Below, piece after piece: positions 61,053 to 64,000 of a stretch of DNA of 64,000 bases. The notes under the pieces are model-generated. The model ran no database searches and was not told where the DNA came from. It worked only from the letters and a program-made list of their open reading frames with translations. A program made the position numbers and the translations under genes. The stretch lies in assembly GCA_044226625.1 (NCBI GenBank), contig JBGAGQ010000014.1:1-64000 (forward strand). Direction: 5' to 3'. Source of the stretch: Thermoanaerobaculia bacterium (GTDB lineage Bacteria > Acidobacteriota > Thermoanaerobaculia > Multivoradales > UBA5704). How positions within the stretch are numbered: position 1 is the first letter of the stretch; each line of letters begins with the position of its first letter.

Positions 61053-64000
61053 GTGCAGCCGATCCATTCGACTCTGCGCCCCGTGCAAGGTGCGCCCCTC
61101 GAGGCGGCCGCTCTGTCGGATCGCCATCGGATGGGTTTGGTGCTCCAAGGGGCGGCTCTACTCGCGCATCTGCAGGGGATCGGTTGGCACCTTCCCGACG
61201 GTTGGGCGGACGCCAAGGCGAGCGCGGACGGGCGGCTGGGCGGGCTTTCCGCGGCGCCCGGGCGGCTCGGGCCGATCCAGGAGCTGCTGCGCCATCTGCT
61301 CGCGCTCTGCTTCGGCTCCGGCGGCCTGAGCGGCCGGGGGACGGCGCGGCGTGCTGCGCGGGTGCTCGAAGAGGCGTGGGCACTCGATCTGGCGCCGCTC
61401 TCGGCGGAGACGGCGGTCGAGCAGGTGCTGGAAGCCGCGCCGTTTCTCTGGGAACCGCCTTTCGGCGCGGCGCGTAGGTCGCTCGCGGGACGGCGCGTTG
61501 TCGCAGGGGAGTCGGCAGATCGATCGACAGGCGAGCCAGCGCCCGAGGATGGAGGCCGGCTGTGGGTCGTCGGCCCCGGTTCCTTCCGGCGTCGCGTGCT
61601 CGCTCGGGCGGCCGGCGGAACGGCCGAGGAGACTCTCGGCGCGCTGCTCGCGAGCGTCGAGGCGCGCGAGCTCTGGTTCGGTCCCGCTTGTCTCGAAGAT
61701 CCGGGCGCTCTCGCTTCGGCGGGTCGCTTTCGGGCCGCGGTGCTCGAATGGGAGCGGCGGCCGCCCCGCGGGGGCGAGGAGCGCTTGGCGTTTGCGCGGG
61801 CGCTCGAAGCGATCGGACGGTTCGAGCGGGCGATCGATGCGGTCGGCTCCGATCGATCGTCTGCCGCGCGGCTCGTTCGGGCTCGATGCCAGCTCCGGCT
61901 CGGCCGGCTCGGTGGAGCGCGGGCCGCGCTCCTTCGATTCGAGACGGAGCCGGCCGATGCCGAGCGGACGATCGAGCTCGCGGAGCTCGGCGTGCGCACG
62001 TTCGCCAACGCAGGGGAGCCCGAGGCGGCGGCGCGCTGGGTCGCCCGCGCCCGCGACCCGGTCGGGCAGTCCGGCTCGCTCGCCGCTCGATGGGCGCTGC
62101 TCGCCGAGGTCGCGGCGCTCGACCGCAAGGACCTCGCCGCCGCCCGTGAGCACCTGCTCGAGGCGGAGGGGGCGGGGATCGAGCCGCGCGAGGTCTGGCG
62201 CCTCGACCAGGGGCGAGCTTTGTTGGCGCTCGAGGAGGGGCGGATGGACGCGGCGGCGCTCCACCTCGCCTCGGCGCTCCGCGCGGCGCGGCGGGGCCTG
62301 CCGCGTTTTGAGGCCGCCGGCCTCTGGAACGACCTCGGGCTCGCGCGCGCCGGATGCGACGATCTGCCGGGAGCCGAGCGGGCCTTTCTCCATGCCGACC
62401 GGCTGCTCGCCGGCTGCGACGGGCCGCGGAGGAAGACGCTGGCCCTTTCGAATTTGGCCGAGATCCGCCTCCGGCGCGGCCGCCTCGCCGGGGTGCGCGA
62501 GATCTTGGAGGCTTCGGCGCTCGAGAACCGCCGAGCGGGCAATCTGCGCGGGGAGATTCAGGACGCGGAGCTGTGGGCGCGGCTCGACCTCGCCTGCGGC
62601 CGGCCGGAAGGGGCGCTCACGCGGATCGAGGCGGCGCGGTTGCGGTTGCGCGAGCGGCGGATCGACTGGCGCTCCGGAGAACTCTCGGTTCTGGCGGCGC
62701 GTGCGCTCGGTTGGCTCGGTCGGGCGGAGGAGGCCGCGGTGGAATGGGACCGGTCGGCCGGCCGTGCCCGAGGGTTCCTCGAACCGGAAGAGATTCCGGC
62801 GCTGCTCGCGCTCGCTGGACGGCGCGACGAGGCGATCGCCGCCGCGAACGGCATGCCCTGGCAGCCACTGTTCGCCGCGGCGCTGGGCCTCGCATCGCCG
62901 TCCGAGGCTCCGGAAGAGGTGGAGGCCCTCGACCGTTTGGATACCGCGCGGGCGGCGCGCCTGGTGTTCGATCTCGAAACCATCGCGGGGCGGCACGGCG
63001 GCGAAAGTTTGCGGGACGGAGGCGTCGTCCCCGCCTCCCGTCGGCGAAGAGCGGCTGAGGCCCTGCGGCGGATCGGTGCGGGGCGCTTCGCCGAGCGCCT
63101 CGAGGCACGCGACGGCGGGCCCTGGCGGGCGTTCGAACGGTGGCTGTCGAGAAGAGATCGTCCGGACGACTTTCTTCCGGTCACACTGGAGCCGCTGTTC
63201 GAGGCGTTCGGTCTCGCGGACGCTCGTCTGTCGTTCGAGGAGGAGGGTGCGGAGCCGGAGGTCCTCTTCGACGGACCGGGTGGAGTGAAGGAGCATATCG
63301 CGGCTTGCGGCCGCGGCCGGTTGATCTTGCGATCCGCCGTGTTCGACGAGGCGGCGGCCGCGTTGTTCGCAGCGATCCGGCGCGAGCTCGCCGGGTCGAA
63401 GACGCGGCCTTCGGCGGAAGAGCCCGAAAGGCGAAGCGCCGCACCCGCCATTCCAACCCGTTCGGCTCCTTGGATTGGCGAGCACCCCGCGCTGGTCCGG
63501 GCGCTCGAACGAATTGCGAAGCTCGCTCCAGGCGACCTTCCGATGCTCGTCCTCGGCGAGAGCGGCACCGGCAAGGAGCTCGCGGCGCGCGAGATCCATC
63601 GGCGGAGCCGTCGGCATCGCGCTCCGTTCGTTTCGGTCAACTGCGCCGCGTTGTCGGAGAACCTCCTTCTTTCCGATCTTTTCGGCCACGCGCGCGGGGC
63701 GTTCACGGGCGCCGATCGCGAGCGGCTCGGTGTGTTCGAGACGGCGCAAGGCGGAACGGTTTTTCTCGATGAGATCGGCGATCTGCCGGCCGATGCTCAA
63801 GGCAAGTTGCTGCGGGTGCTTCAGGAAGGCGAGGTGCGACGTCTGGGCGAGAGCCTGGCTCGCAAGGTCGACGTACGCGTGGTCGCCGCGACTCATCGCG
63901 ATCTCTTGCAAGCGGTGCGGGACGGGACGTTTCGCCAGGATCTCTACTACCGCTTGCGCGGCGCGAGCGTGACGCTGCCGCCTCTGCGCGAGCGCGGTGA
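61053..64000 (+). CDS. Sigma-54 enhancer-binding protein with long TPR-rich N-terminus, 3'-truncated by window
   Basis: GTG 61053 is in frame with GESGTGKE, NCAAL, GAFTGA, FLDEIG, KLLRVLQE, DLYYRL near the window end; absent from the ORF track, consistent with no in-window stop. Confidence 0.88.
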   Translation, partial: MQPIHSTLRPVQGAPLEAAALSDRHRMGLVLQGAALLAHLQGIGWHLPDGWADAKASADGRLGGLSAAPGRLGPIQELLRHLLALCFGSGGLSGRGTARRAARVLEEAWALDLAPLSAETAVEQVLEAAPFLWEPPFGAARRSLAGRRVVAGESADRSTGEPAPEDGGRLWVVGPGSFRRRVLARAAGGTAEETLGALLASVEARELWFGPACLEDPGALASAGRFRAAVLEWERRPPRGGEERLAFARALEAIGRFERAIDAVGSDRSSAARLVRARCQLRLGRLGGARAALLRFETEPADAERTIELAELGVRTFANAGEPEAAARWVARARDPVGQSGSLAARWALLAEVAALDRKDLAAAREHLLEAEGAGIEPREVWRLDQGRALLALEEGRMDAAALHLASALRAARRGLPRFEAAGLWNDLGLARAGCDDLPGAERAFLHADRLLAGCDGPRRKTLALSNLAEIRLRRGRLAGVREILEASALENRRAGNLRGEIQDAELWARLDLACGRPEGALTRIEAARLRLRERRIDWRSGELSVLAARALGWLGRAEEAAVEWDRSAGRARGFLEPEEIPALLALAGRRDEAIAAANGMPWQPLFAAALGLASPSEAPEEVEALDRLDTARAARLVFDLETIAGRHGGESLRDGGVVPASRRRRAAEALRRIGAGRFAERLEARDGGPWRAFERWLSRRDRPDDFLPVTLEPLFEAFGLADARLSFEEEGAEPEVLFDGPGGVKEHIAACGRGRLILRSAVFDEAAAALFAAIRRELAGSKTRPSAEEPERRSAAPAIPTRSAPWIGEHPALVRALERIAKLAPGDLPMLVLGESGTGKELAAREIHRRSRRHRAPFVSVNCAALSENLLLSDLFGHARGAFTGADRERLGVFETAQGGTVFLDEIGDLPADAQGKLLRVLQEGEVRRLGESLARKVDVRVVAATHRDLLQAVRDGTFRQDLYYRLRGASVTLPPLRERG

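Overview
High-GC bacterial chromosome segment. Gene content (Oar-type TonB receptor, DUF885, DUF4388, XRE-HTH/TPR and carboxypeptidase-regulatory-domain proteins) suggests Acidobacteriota, probably Thermoanaerobaculia; this is inference. Housekeeping genes: mqnC, mutL, rnc, the kdsB-pyrG-kdsA-kdsD-kdsC-lpxL cluster and aroA, plus a yybP-ykoY riboswitch with terC/alx and a BlaI/M56/serine-hydrolase operon with visible operator boxes. Most notable observations: (i) a ~490-bp intergenic array of degenerate 21-bp units arranged as two head-to-head inverted arms (1260-1752), with a weaker element of the same design after aroA; (ii) a locus with a frameshifted XRE-HTH/TPR regulator, a promoter-driven secreted 10-Cys peptide and a beta-sandwich envelope protein; (iii) an HDAC fused to a probable GNAT-like domain; (iv) a ClpX-like ATPase lacking the Zn domain, GYVG pore loop and IGF loop; (v) a membrane-anchored double-patatin protein; (vi) a kinase-TPR gene abutting an SF2 helicase. 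Several frameshifts and two apparent in-frame deletions could be assembly artefacts. No rRNA, tRNA, CRISPR or IS element was recognised. All calls come from reading motifs by eye, without database searches.
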